Source of the DNA: Eledone cirrhosa
Lineage: Eukaryota
Assembly: GCA_964016885.1 (NCBI GenBank)
Contig: OZ024742.1
Coordinates: forward strand, 293,260,001 to 293,324,000
Length of the DNA stretch: 64,000 nucleotides
Direction: 5' to 3'
In this document: positions 1-12,590 of the stretch, in pieces
Layout: the number at the start of each line of letters is the position of its first letter
How positions within the stretch are numbered: position 1 is the stretch's first letter
Position numbers and translations under genes: made by a program
Notes under the pieces: generated by a model
The model's input: the letters and a program-made list of their open reading frames with translations, nothing else
What the model was told of the DNA's origin: nothing
The model's database searches: none

Positions 1-3000
1 AAACTTGCTATCTTAATGTTCCAAATCTGACATCCTGTAAATTCTGATACAAGTCAGTAAACACTGCTAAACTCAACACTGATATATATATTTTTAATAT
101 TACTCTTTTGGTGGGAAGTGGGAGGCAGAGAAGAGAAGATATATTTTTAACCCTTTTGATACCTAACCACCTGAAACCGACCTTAATTCTATGATATAAA
201 ACTGTTTGTTTTAAACTGTTATCTCCATCATCATCATCGAGTGAAGGTGCATGGCTGAGTGGTCAGAGAATTGGATTCATAATTGGGAGGTTGTGAGTTT
301 GATTCCCAGACCAGGCGATGCGTTATGTCTTTTCACGTTGCTCCTTCTTTCTGGATTTGCGACTGGTAGATAGTATTAGCAATTGGAAAGACCAATGGAA
401 ACATTGTTTCCTCAGTCTTATTTGACGAGATCCACCCTGCTCGTTAAGTGAATGATGTCAGGGATCTTGTTGATCGACTGATTTCATCATCATCATTTAA
501 AATCTGTTTTTCCTGCTAGCAAGGGTTAGATGTATTTATCTTTTGTTGCGTCATGTTCCAAACACCAGCTTAAAAATAAGAATTTTATATTACTAAATCC
601 CTTCAAATTCTTAAATCCCTTCAATTTCATAATTGAAAATCATAGGCAGTGTTATTGTCAAAAATGAATGGGTGGGGAATAAGGTTTCTCCTAATCCATA
701 TATCAATCTCAATTGATAGTACATTTGTGAAAGGAATGGTAAGGAAACACTCCAAATAGAAATATATAGATATAGTGATAGATAGATGGTGTACAGAAAC
801 AATTCCATCCCATAATAATGGTTTCTGATTTAGACACTAGGCCAACAGTGTTTTGGGAAAGGGAATGTCTTTCCCATCCTGATACCTTCAACTATTGTTT
901 CTGCCTAATGGCTGTCTTGTCGGTGAATTTAGTAGATGAAAACTGTATGAATGTGTGTTTGTGTCTCTTTATTCAACTTCACTAGTACAGATGATGATAT
1001 TTGTTTATGTACCACATAAACAGAGGTCTCACTGTGCAGTGATGAGATGTGCACAGATCCATATCTTACTTAAAATAATAAAATAGAATACAAAATGGGA
1101 ATTCTGCTTCAATATTTCTCATCCAACCCAACAGACATAAAACTGATGATGGTGTGCTTTTGGTTTGTGAACCAGGAAACACTATGTTTAATTTTTTAAG
1201 GAAGTCTTTTATCCTTTGTGTATTTCCTTGAATTGCAAACTGGTCTTTATATCACTTTTTTTTTTAAGCTTAACTATATTTTGTTATTGTTTCCTTTTCC
1301 CCTGACAAGTCTTTTCAAATAGTTTGTTATATCTAAAAGGAAGTACATTGCCTTTTATGTGTCTTGTCTTTACATTTTAAGTTTCCAATATCATTTAGAT
1401 CATACTGATCTCTTTCTTAGTTCTTTCTACCTTCATGTTTCTTTTTGTGTTTATTCTACAGTTGTATTGATTGGCAATACATATCAATATCTATTCCAGA
1501 CTTAGTCTAAGGTCAAACTATAGAATATCTTATGTCTTTTTATATACTTAGGTTTGATGAAAATATATTTAGATCAGAAATTCAGAATTTCATCATCATC
1601 ATTTTTACATCCATTTTCCCATTATTAATTTATTTATTTATTCAGATTAGAGTCCTCACCTTGGTTGTTATAGTCACATTCTGGTCATACCCCTCCTGTT
1701 TTTATACTAGCATGTTTTCGACAAGACATTTTAGAAGTAGTATTCTACAGTTGGATGCCCTTCTTGATGCTAACCCTTATTTTTAAGAAAGGTTCTTATT
1801 CTACTAATCTTCACCTATCAAACCACTAAACTGCAGAATAAATTATGTGAGACTAACTATATTGATTAAGTGATGTCAGTGTTAAAACATTTGCTGAGGC
1901 ACACACAAACACACTCACATTATGTGTGTATGTCTTTTGTCTTTGCTTTACATTGACACCAGTTGGGCAGCCAGTGACACTTATGTTCCTCATAAACAAT
2001 ATGTCCACAGCTAAAAAAAAAAAAAAATGCCTGGAAAAAGCATCCAAGCTGTGAAAGTAAATATGATAATTGTTATTTCATAGAAATAACACAAAAAACA
2101 CAGTTTACATGGTCACTAAAAGGATTATCATGTTTCCCAGCATTTAAAACCTATTTTGAGTTGCTACATTTTGATAAAATAGCTTAACATAAAAGGATTA
2201 ACTTAACCTTCAGCTTCTAGACACGGGGTAAATTTTCCAGGCTTATTTTGAAGAGTAGGGGAGTGTTGTCTTCCGTGCAGAGAAATACTGTGAGTTACAA
2301 GATTATAATTTCTTAACTATTAATGTCGTCTTTAAGATTGTTATGCCATGCCATGGCTCTTTAACACTCGATTGAGTTGTAGAGACACAGTTGTGATATA
2401 CATTGCCCCTTTGGCATTTAAACCTAGTGGAGCCCTTCCCTCTCTAGAGAAAGAGAGAGAGTTAGAAAAGGTATTGATTGGACTGGTATTTTATTCATGG
2501 AAAGGACGAAAAGCAAAGTTGACCTCGGCAGAGTTTGATCTCAGAGAGCTGGAATAAATACTGCAAAGCATTTTATCCAATATTCTAATAAATCTGCCAA
2601 TTCAATTTTGTTTGAGATTGTATATTTTCAATATGTGAATCTATATTATTTTGATCGGTTTGATTGTCATATTACTGGATGTGTCCCAGTCAGACTGTAT
2701 TCAGACTAGAAACTTTTAACTCAACTCAGACAATTGTTAAACATTTTTAATGTCAGTATGATGACTTGCAATGTTATTTGTTGTATATGTTACAGAATTA
2801 TGATATACAGATCTAAGATTATCTATTCATGGTTGTAACTCAAAAGAAAGCATAATTGTCAAGGTCAACTTTGCTTTTCATCCTTTCGAGGTCAACAAAA
2901 TAAAATATTAGCTAGGGTTGGTGGATTGCTGAAATTGTTAGAGCATTGGACAAGATGCCTTGGTGTATTTTTCTGCTTTTTTGCATTTTGAGATTCAATC

Positions 3001-4130
3001 CCAATGTGAACCCATTTAAAATGAAATTTCCAGCTCATACTTATGCAGGTTTTGCTGGCTGCTTACAAGGTTGTATTCCATTAGAGGTTTTTCGAATGTT
3101 TTAATGATAATAGCACCACTCCTATAAAAAAAAAAAGCAAAATGAAATGAAGTATAGAACTACAACACTCTCTCCCTTCCCGCTCTCACTCTTTCTTTCT
3201 CACTCTCTATGTATGTATGTATATATATATATATATATATAAGCAAAAGGGATCTTTCCTTTTACTATCCAGGAAAAACTTGTTTAAGAACTCAAAGCCC
3301 TACTCAGTTCATGAATTGAACCCACTATCTTATCTTGAGTTCAACATCCTAACCACTAGGCTATGCATGGACGATAGACTTTATCTATACTCTTACGACC
3401 ACTTGGCCCTTGCATTCAAGCCAGGTCTCTGGTTTGAGGATAACTCATTCCCTTCCACCGGTTTCACAACTTCTGAAAAGGCCATAGGCACTGACTAAAT
3501 AGTAAAGAAAAAAAACCCAATTTTTGTTTATTCATAAATAGAGGCTTTCTTTTCACATATTTTTGAAGTATTGAAAAATATATATAAATAAGTATATAAA
3601 ATAGTTGTTTCTTTGAAATTTTTCATATACCATCTTTTTTTTTTTTTTTTTGGCTTCTAATGTTTGTGTGCGCATTGAATACATTTTGAAGACTCCATTT
3701 TCTGTTGTTTGATGCTCAAATAATGAAATATATGATTGATAATATTGATTTGTTTAGAGAATTACTGCTTTCTTTCCCTGTTAAGTGGAATCTTTTATTT
3801 TATGTTGATGGTGCGAATTGGAAAGTAAATTTCATCTATTTTTTTTTCTGAATCATTTTTTTTTTTCATAGTTAAATCAATAATATTAAGAACATTCTCT
3901 TCAGTTCTATTACAAAAATTATAATTTTGGAATTTTCATTTGATTTATATGAAGTCCTGAAAGTGGTAGATGGCATATTAAAAAAAAAATTTTTTTTTAC
4001 TGTTTAGTCAGGGAGATAAGGGCAGTGTCCAATGACCATTTTTCTGAGCCTCAGAGACAGATTGGTGGGAGCAAAGGAGAAAGGTATCCTCAAACTGCAG
4101 ACCTGTTCCAAATGCAGTTAGGTGGTAGTA

Positions 4131-4346
4131 TTAACCCTTTAACATTTAAACTGGCTGTATCCAGCCAGAATTCTCTCACCTCTTTCTGTTCAAATTTGTT
4201 GTAACTGGCCACTTATACTGATATTGGGGTATTATTCTCAATATAAATAATATCAAAATCGCATAGATTCAATATTATGTGAGATAAAGCCTTTACCGTG
4301 AAAATATAATAGTAAATATAGAGTAATGTAAATGCTAAAGGGTTAA
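4131..4346 (+). mobile_element. TTAA-flanked (piggyBac-like) MITE, family 1 (~210 bp)
   Basis: TTAA-CCCTTTA(A/G)CATTTA ... TAAATGCTAAAGGG-TTAA. Other copies at ~8598-8806, 26500-26714, 40415-40550, 48915-49127 and 54344-54768. Confidence 0.8.
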
Positions 4347-5871
4347 AAAGTTCCATTATTTTATTATGGTTTTTCAGGCTGGTTGTCCTTCCTAATGCTC
4401 ACCACTTTACAGAGTATACTGGGTGTATTTTATCATAATACCAGCATTACTGATTTCATTGCTTTATACTCCTTTTTCCTGCTGGCATAGTTTGGACAGG
4501 CCATTACTATCTGAGACAAAATGGGTCCAATAACCATATTTTGATATGGTTTCTATGATTGGACCTCCTTTTTATTGCCAATCATTTTTTAGAGTGTACT
4601 GGGTCCATTTTATCATTATCATGGCACTACCACTACCACTTAACATAGTGACATCAGCTTGTCTTAATTAATGTTTTGTAATTTATTATTGAAGATGAGG
4701 AAACAATATTGTGCATCACATCTCTATCCCCTAAAACAATTTAAAATTAAACCCCAACAACTCTCCCTACAAATTCTGGTTATCACATTCATTGATCTTT
4801 TCCTGGGCACTGGGTTTTGACAAACATTAGGCTGGTGTCATAACTTGCTGTCATATCTGCCAACATCAACCTAGCACTTGAGTGTCAGATAAATAAGTGG
4901 TTGTAATTCTGTTTTAAATTAAATTTGATATTGAAATAGTGTGCACTTTGGTTGGTAGTTCACTTAATTTCTAATTAAAAAATCACTGCATATGATTTTC
5001 AAATAATTTTGAAGATAGATAGGAGGGATTTAATAAAATAACTTTCACATAAGGTGTTGTTTGAAACATAATGTAGCAAACATTCTTACATAGGTTTATG
5101 ATGGAAGGTTTTTAGATAAATATATAAAGTTTTGTATTGTAGAACCAATGAATTTCATTAGAAATATGATCATGAAAGGGTTAAATTGCCTGTTGTGTTG
5201 GTAATTTTTTCTGGAAAGTAGCACCAATAATACAAATTAGTACTGCCTTGTGTAACCTGAAAGATTTTTACTATGTAGCTATAGATTACTCACTTTCAGT
5301 GCCACACTGACTTGAATTTAACTTGACTTTATTAAACTCAAAAGCATAAAAACTGCAGTTAGTTTGATTTATGCACTGTGTTACTGAGAACATGCAGGAA
5401 TATCTTGAGAAATTAATTTCTTATCAAGACTAAACATGTGTTAAACATATCAATATTTTATGGTGTACTTCTCCTCTTTCTTCTCCTACTTTTTCCTGAT
5501 ATGGTTGTGGGAGCAGAGTCCTCAAACACTCATTCTAGTGGGTCCTGGCAGAAGCAACTATCTCCATCTGATTTGTCTGGAATGTCTAAATGAGACCATC
5601 CAAACTCATGGATGTTATTCAATCATCTTGCTCGGGGTCTACCCCTGGGTCTTCAGCCAGTTGGTTTTGCCTGTAAAATCTGTCCAGCGAAATCTGTTAT
5701 TATTTATGCCTTTTACTAGTTTAACTGCTAAAAAAACTGAGATATTTCTAACTCTAGTGAAGAAACCCCAGCCTCTTTTATGTATTATCATCTGTGTTCA
5801 GTACATAGTTCCTTCTATAAGAGATTGTCAGGCTTTGGCCACATCTAAAAATTGACACTTCCAAATGGCAT

Positions 5872-6116
5872 TAACCCTTTTATATCAAACTGCCTGAAAT
5901 CATCTCTGGTTCTACAATACAAAACTGTTTATTTTATCTAAAAAAATGTCATCATAATTTTATGTAAGAACCTTTGTTATGCTCCAAACACCAGCTTAAA
6001 ACGAAAGAGTCAGTTATATTATTAAATCGATCCAAATTCTTGATTACTTTCAAAATTATTTGAAAATCATAAGTAGTGTTTTTTTATTATTAGAAATACA
6101 GTAACAAAAGGGTTAA
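5872..6116 (+). mobile_element. TTAA-flanked MITE, family 2 (~250 bp)
   Basis: TTAA-CCCTTT ... AAAGGG-TTAA with shared core aaacc.cctgaaa...ggttcta...ccatcataattttatgtaagaacc. Other copies at ~147, 9920, 22033-22297, 25216-25445, 26191-26854, 29610, 51323-51540 and 58705-59133. Confidence 0.75.
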
Positions 6117-6764
6117 ATGTTGCTTACTTAAACAGAAAGTAGTAGTTAAAGAGCTTTAATACTGATCACAGCTGGATGATCCTAAGTGATGAACCTGTAA
6201 GAGTCCGTAAACATCATAGTTAGGAAAGGTTATAACAGATAAGTTGTTGTTATGGCTCACACCTGTGTAGGTTCTTTAGGCTTTCTACAATGTTGCTTTT
6301 CATAAGAGGTCTCTTGGGTATTTTATTGATAGGGGCCTCAGTCCTATCAGATAACTTGCCGGCTTGGAAAGACTTGATAAAAGTTGGTAACACAGAGAGA
6401 AGCTAAGATACTTGGTAGAAAGCATAACTAAGTTTTATTTAGCTAGAAGAAAGGTGGAGATTAGGAGATTTGATATTGTCAGTGTTTTGAGGATATTAAA
6501 GGTATTATGAGGGTATTAATGTATTCTTTTATTCTGTGAGAGTTATTAACTCTTAACATACTGTATCACATGGAACTGAATTAGCCAGACCATCAAAGGT
6601 ACAAAACAATACAAGAGCATCACATTAAAATTAGTCTTTAGTCTAAATGCTGCAATTTTTCATAATCTGTCCATTGATAAAGATAATATAAACATTTGAA
6701 TTAACAAAACCATTTGTAGATATTTTCTATATATTACTAGTTGTTAAAAATTAAGGGTATTCAT

Positions 6765-7095
6765 ATAATAATAATAATGAAAATATTGTGTACAGTGCTC
6801 AGGTGTACTACAACTCATCAAAAGTGTATGCATAGTACATAGGGCAATGTACAAACGTCAGGAAAATGAACAGTGCATGAGTCATGATATACACGTGTGT
6901 ATGGAAGGGGGACATCAGGTGTAGTTTTTGCGAATTTCGGGAAGCATGAGGGTTTTAAAGGATGCAGTGTCTCGGCAGCTAACAACTGACGCAGGCAGTT
7001 TGTTCCATGCTTCAGCAACTCTGAGCGTGAAAAAATGTTTCCGAAAGTCATGGGAGCTGTGCTGTTTTCTGACTTTGTAGGCATGTCCACGTGTG
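6765..7095 (-). mobile_element. CR1/L2-group LINE 3' end
   Basis: NTRGHAYKVRKQHSSHDFRKHFFTLRVAEAWNKLPASVV..FK matches the TRGH..K/RK.FF..RV...WN.LP..VV C-terminal motif of CR1/L2-group ORF2; (ATT)n tail at ~6765-6778. Confidence 0.8.
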
Positions 7096-7329
7096 TTTTT
7101 TCTGCAATGAGGATATAAAGAGTAATGTTTTGTGCTATAAACCATGAAGTATTTCAAATTTCAAGACAGTCATTATGTTTGTATTGACATAAGCAGATTT
7201 AGGTGTTGAGTTCTACTCTGTTGTTGATTTGCATTATCCTGAAATATTAAGGTCCATTAAACACCTCCTTCAAAGTAACATCTAAACAACTTAATGTCCT
7301 GTTTGCGTTTCTGTAGCCCTAAAAAAAAC

Positions 7330-7955
7330 ACAGCTCTTCCATTGGTGTTGCAGTGCTTAGATTCTGTTAGCGAAGAAGCTTTCTTCCTTTTGTTAAAAAA
7401 GTCATCAACAGCAGATATGACATTATCATCACCACAATATTGGATCCCAGCCAAGTGTTCTTTCATGTTAGGGAACAAATGATAGTCATATGGGGCCAAA
7501 TAAGGAGTGTAGGGAGGGTAATCAACCAGTTCAAAGCCACAGTCATGCACAGCAGCCATTGAAACCAAGGATTGTGCTAGAGCATTGTCCTGATGAAACA
7601 AGACTCCTTTCGTCAGTTTTCCTGGGTGTTTGGTCTTGATAGCCTTTCGCAACTGCCTCAGCAAGTTGGCATAGTACTCTCTATTGATGATGTGGCCCTT
7701 TTGAAGATAGTCAATTAACACAAAAAACTGGGGTGGTCATCTTCCCTGCAGATGAAACGACTTTGGCCTTCTTTGGAGCAGGTAAGGAAGGGTGTTTCTG
7801 CATCATGGATTATCTCTTTGTCTTTGACTTAAATTGATGAATCCAACACTCATCCTATCCTAGGTTAGGAAATGTTAAAATAAACCAGCTGGATCTGCCT
7901 GAAACAATATCAGATTTTCCTGCGATGTGATCAACCTGGTGCACTTTTCATCAAG
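7330..7955 (-). pseudogene. Mariner (DD34D) transposase fragment
   Basis: IDYLQKG..INREYYANLL..LR..IK.K.PGKLTKGVLFHQDNA...FELVDYPPYTPYLAPYDYHLFPNMK corresponds to the HDNA and YSPDLAPSD motifs. Frameshifted upstream part (APKKAKVVSSAGK). Confidence 0.88.
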
Positions 7956-10177
7956 TGTCTTGCTCAAGGACACAATGCACCATCTTGACCACTAAGCCAT
8001 GCACCTTTGTATGAAACTTATATATTGGCTGAGTCTTGTATTGTTTTGATAATTATATACATAATGTACTAAGTTCTTCAAAGAAATATAAGTCGCTATG
8101 ATGTGAGATTACTGAATCTTAACATTTGATTGCTTCCAAACCTTGTCACTGTTAGCTCCTTTGAGAGCAAACCACCTGAAACCATCCCTGATTCTATAGC
8201 ACCAAGTTGTTTGTTTAAAGTATTTATCATCATCATCATCATAAGTCTTTGTTAACAAGGGTGGGATGGGTTGTCTCAGACTAAATTGAAGCTACTGATA
8301 TCTCAGATGGGCTGTATCTCACATAACTTCTCACATATTACAGAGTGCACTTGGTGCATTTCATTGTGACACCAGTACTAATGAGATTGTCATGTCTTAG
8401 ACACACTTGAAGTGTCCTCTTGATTCTGTTTGGCAAGTTTTCTACTGCTGAATGCCCTTCCTATCACCAACCACATTATAGGATGTACTGGGTGCATTTT
8501 TTATGGCACCAATACTAGATAGGTTGTCATACTGGAACTTTATATTTATCTAAAAGCCTTCCATCATAATTTTATGTAAGAACATTTACTGAATTATGTT
8601 TAGCATTTAAACCGGCCATATCCAGCCAGAATTCTCTTACCTCTTTCTGTTCAAACTGGCTGTAACCAGCCACTCATACTTATGTTAAGGCATTGTTCTC
8701 AAAATAAGTAATATCAAAATCTCATAGATTTGATATTATGTGAGATAAAGGGTTTACCGTGAAAATACAATAGTAAATATAGAGTAATGTGAATGCTAAA
8801 GGGTTAATAATGAAGAAATTTGTTATATTACTTTTCAATTCTTGATTTTTAAAATCATGAAAATCGTACGTAGTGACTTTGAGTAGAAATATGGTAGTGA
8901 AGGGTTAAATCATTACACTATCTATTAGACATTCTTTTGAGGCTGACTGTCAAATTATTTGAATTTTTGAATCTCACATAAGTAATGATAGTATATTGGC
9001 AGAGTTGTTGGGACATTAGTATTTGTCCCCGCTCACTGCACTTTAAATCACAGAGAACAATTTAGTTTTTCATTCATTTGGAATCAAAGTGTAAAGTACA
9101 AGATGGTGGAATGGCAGAATTACTAGTCAGACAGCTAGGAGACTTTGTGGTATCTCAGCTTGATCTGTGTTTTCTGAGTTCAAATCTTCTCTTTTTCTAC
9201 CAGTAGCTGTGACCAAATGATAGTATCAGCAAAGGAAAGACCAATGGAAACATTGTTTCCTTGGTCCAATCTGATGAACGGCTTTTTTTTCCTTTTTATA
9301 GCAATGTACTGAGTGTATCCTTCTCACCGAGCTTCATATTAAATATTTCATGACATCATGAAAAACATATTAAAGGGGGTGTGGAATAATTAGTGAATTG
9401 TTTCAATATATTATATAAACAATGTTTGTAATTATTTTAGTCAAACTCATTAATTTTCCTGCAGTCTCTGTTCATTTGTTTGTTTTATAATTATTCAATT
9501 GCATCTAAATTTTCCCTTTGTCTATTTTTATCTGATTTTGATCATGTTCACTGTCATTGTATTATCTCTCAAGACTAACAATTTAGCAAAGAAATATGCA
9601 AAAAACAGGTTTAACCATTGCTAGCAGGGAAAGCAGACGTTAAATGATGATGATTGTTAATTGAAATGTTTACATTATCTTTTCTAGACTAAATACTTGA
9701 ATTTTTAATGTGACACTGTCATAGTGTTGTTTTGTATTTTTCAAGAAATGTCTTGCTAATGTGGTGTCATGCAGTTCAGGATATTGAAAGTTTTAGAAAA
9801 TTACCACAGGTTTTTGTAAAATCCTGTTCTATTTATTTTTTAACCCTATCAATTTATGGACACTTATTTTAATTTTCAAAATATATTTAGGTTCAAAGAT
9901 ATGACCTCTTCCTCATTTGTTAACCCTTTTGATACCAACCCACAGTTATAGAATTGCTGGTTCTATATAAAAAAAAAGAAAGACAAAAAAACCCTCCCAT
10001 TTTAAAGGGTTCCTATTTAAATTAACATCATCCAACCTTTCATTACTTTCTTACAAATACCATCTTAATTGTGAAATAATAATTTTAGTAAATCCCTCCA
10101 AATTCTGTATTAACTATTAACCTCCTGTAATGATTTAGTAGAAATATCTAAAAATGGGTTTGTTAATTTATTGTATA

Positions 10178-10783
10178 CTAGCAGAATGGCCCGGCGTTGC
10201 TCGGGGTTTGCTCCAGGGTTCTTATATATTTGATATATATTTATCCTTATCGAGCCTCGTGAAATAAATACGTTTGTTTATATTTTGTTATTGTGTATGC
10301 AAAAATATCTGTACACGAATATATAATTATATATATATATATATATTAAAGTTTAAGCAAAGAATTGCTGTTTTTACCCTTAACAGGATCTTCTGAAACT
10401 AAAAAAATCAATCTGTGAACGCAGAAGTAAATAATTCGAAAAACGTTACACATTATATATATATATATACACACACTATGTATACATATACACACACACA
10501 CACATATAGCGACGTCATAATGTTGTAATGTAGACAGCCAGACGTACAGACAGATATTATAAGGGCACAACATTATATCTATGTATCTATCTAAAAAGAA
10601 AGACTAAGAATTATAGAGAGAGATCGCTAAATCGCCTAATGCGGTCCCTAGGGCATTGAAAATTTGAAATATTTTTTGCTCAAAACACTCACAGGACCAT
10701 GTGTAAAGTTTGAAAACAATCGGTTGGGGTGGTTCTCAAGTTTTAGGGTGTCAGACAGACATTCTTTGTTTTAGATATATAGA
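10178..10783 (-). mobile_element. Non-autonomous Helitron interrupted by other repeats
   Basis: Minus-strand 3' end CCCGAGCAACGCCGGG hairpin followed by ...CTAG|T at 10178. 5' end A|TCTATATATCTAAAAC at 10783 followed by GTCTGTCTG. Confidence 0.75.
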
Positions 10784-10997
10784 TATATATTCATGTACAG
10801 ATATTTTTGCATACACAAAAACAAAATATAAACAAACGTATTTATTTCACAAAAGCACAAAATGTAGACACCAGCCTGAGGCCGAGGTATTCCGAACTTC
10901 TCTCTACTGTTTCGCCCTTATAATATCTGCCTGTATGTCTGGCTGTCTGCATTACGACATTGACTTTGCTATCTGTGTGTGTATATATTTATATATC

Positions 10998-11031
<34 letters not shown>

Positions 11032-11044
11032 TTATTTATATATT

Positions 11045-11147
11045 ATCATCATCATCATCATCATTAACGTCCGTGTTCCACGCTTGCATGGGTTTGGACG
11101 GGGGTAGTCCCACTTGAGGCAAGAGTGATTGTCTCGCTCGCATAGGA

Positions 11148-11150
<3 letters not shown>
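11045..11150 (-). mobile_element. RTE family B extreme 3' end (~105 bp)
   Basis: Reverse complement of ~19519-19634 including the (ATC)n tail; flanked by (TA)n. Confidence 0.85.
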
Positions 11151-11215
<65 letters not shown>

Positions 11216-11223
<8 letters not shown>

Positions 11224-11456
11224 ATGCTTTGGGAGGGTCATGTTGCCAATAAGAAACACACGCACCAGTTGCTTTCACTCCAGTTTATTATAAATTAAAT
11301 TTATAAATTTAAGAATTTATAAATTTCCGGTTGGTTGGTTGGTTCCATAACCGGACGGTTGTTCATATATTGTCAAAATTATAATAAATTGGAGTGAAAG
11401 CAACTGGTGCGTGTGTTTCTTATTGGCAACATAACCCTCCCAAAGCATAACAATAT
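11216..11456. repeat. Inverted repeat (~77-bp arms, ~85-bp spacer) beside (TA)n
   Basis: 11216-11293 is the reverse complement of 11379-11456 with 2 mismatches. Confidence 0.9.
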
Positions 11457-11604
11457 CGGTTTCAACACACGTTTTCAGATAAAGAATCTTCTTAAACAAA
11501 TTCAGAAACGAAATATATATATATATAGTGTGTAACGTTTTTCGAAATATTTACTTGTGTGTTCACAGATTGATTTTTTTTAGTTTCAGAAGATCCCGTT
11601 ATAT

Positions 11605-12423
11605 ATCATCATCATCATCATCATCGTCGTTTAACGTCCGTGTTCCACGCTTGCATGGGTTTGGACGGGGGTTTTCCCACTTGAGGCAAGAGTGATTGTC
11701 TTGCTCGCATAGGACTGTCTGGCGGGTTTTCTACAGCTGGATGCCCTTCCTAACACCAACCACATTTACAGTGTGGGGCTGGGAGGTTTTTACCGTGTTG
11801 CCTACACGGCCACATTACAGCGTGGACTGTCTGGCGGATTTTCTACAGCTGGATGCCCTTCCTAACACCAACCACATTTACAGTGTGGGGCTGGGAGGTT
11901 TTTACCGTGTTGCCTACACGGCCACATTACAGCGTAGACTGTGTTTTTTTTTTGTCGTGACACCTACACGATCTCATTTGTTTCGGCCTGGATGTTGTGG
12001 CACCAACATAACTTTACATTGAAAGGGGCGGTGTGGATGGGGTGGGGGTGGTGGGACGGGGGTGTATTTTGTTAGAGATGCCTACTGACTGTAGTAGGTT
12101 TTACTTTGTATTTAGGTAAGGCGGGTCTTCTCTATTACTGAGTAACGCCAAAGGTTTCGGTCCAGTGACATTGTCTTGGAGAGGTGTAAGTGTGTGAGGT
12201 CGGAATTTATCAGCTCGTCCCAGGTTTTTCTGGGTCTGCCTACTCCTTAGCTACCGTCTAACTTTATTGCCCTGCACTTTGTTATACAGCTATCGTCTTT
12301 CATGCGCATCATGTGACCATACCAACGTAACCTTCTCTCGAGTAAACAACATCTGATCCCTCTTATTTCTAATTTTTTCCTTAGTTTGCTTATGCTTTGC
12401 CGTTCACGTATGTTACTATTACA
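11605..12423 (-). mobile_element. RTE family B 3' fragment with an internal 112-bp tandem duplication
   Basis: Reverse complement of ~18920-19634; (ATC)n tail at 11605; duplicated block at 11712 and 11824. Confidence 0.9.
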
Positions 12424-12424
12424 C

Positions 12425-12455
<31 letters not shown>

Positions 12456-12471
12456 TAAAATAACAGATTAA

Positions 12472-12522
12472 AGTTTAAGCAAAGAATCGCTGCTTTCACC
12501 CTTAACGGGATCTTCTGAAACT
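12472..12522 (-). ncRNA. Hammerhead-like motif with variant core CAGAAGA (third family)
   Basis: Minus strand: AGTTT-CAGAAGA-tCCC GTTAA GGGt-GAA-AGCAG...TTGCT-T-AAACT. All three stems form but U4 is replaced by A. Related copies lie at 10350-10400 (-, GAAA mutated) and 11582-11601 (+, truncated). Confidence 0.55.
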
Positions 12523-12533
12523 ATTATTATTAT

Positions 12534-12587
<54 letters not shown>

Positions 12588-12590
12588 ATA

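Noticed and set aside
243-345. tRNA-like sequences with A/B boxes here and elsewhere
   Set aside because: They continue into shared SINE bodies and do not form full cloverleaves, so they are SINE heads rather than tRNA genes.
1138-1195. CTGATGA...GAAAC hammerhead-like string
   Set aside because: There is an extra base before GAAA and no stem I. CTGATGA is part of a (GAT)n retroelement tail.
6360-6500. Possible very old RTE coding fragment (FYLARRKVEIRRF)
   Set aside because: Too short and degraded to delimit.
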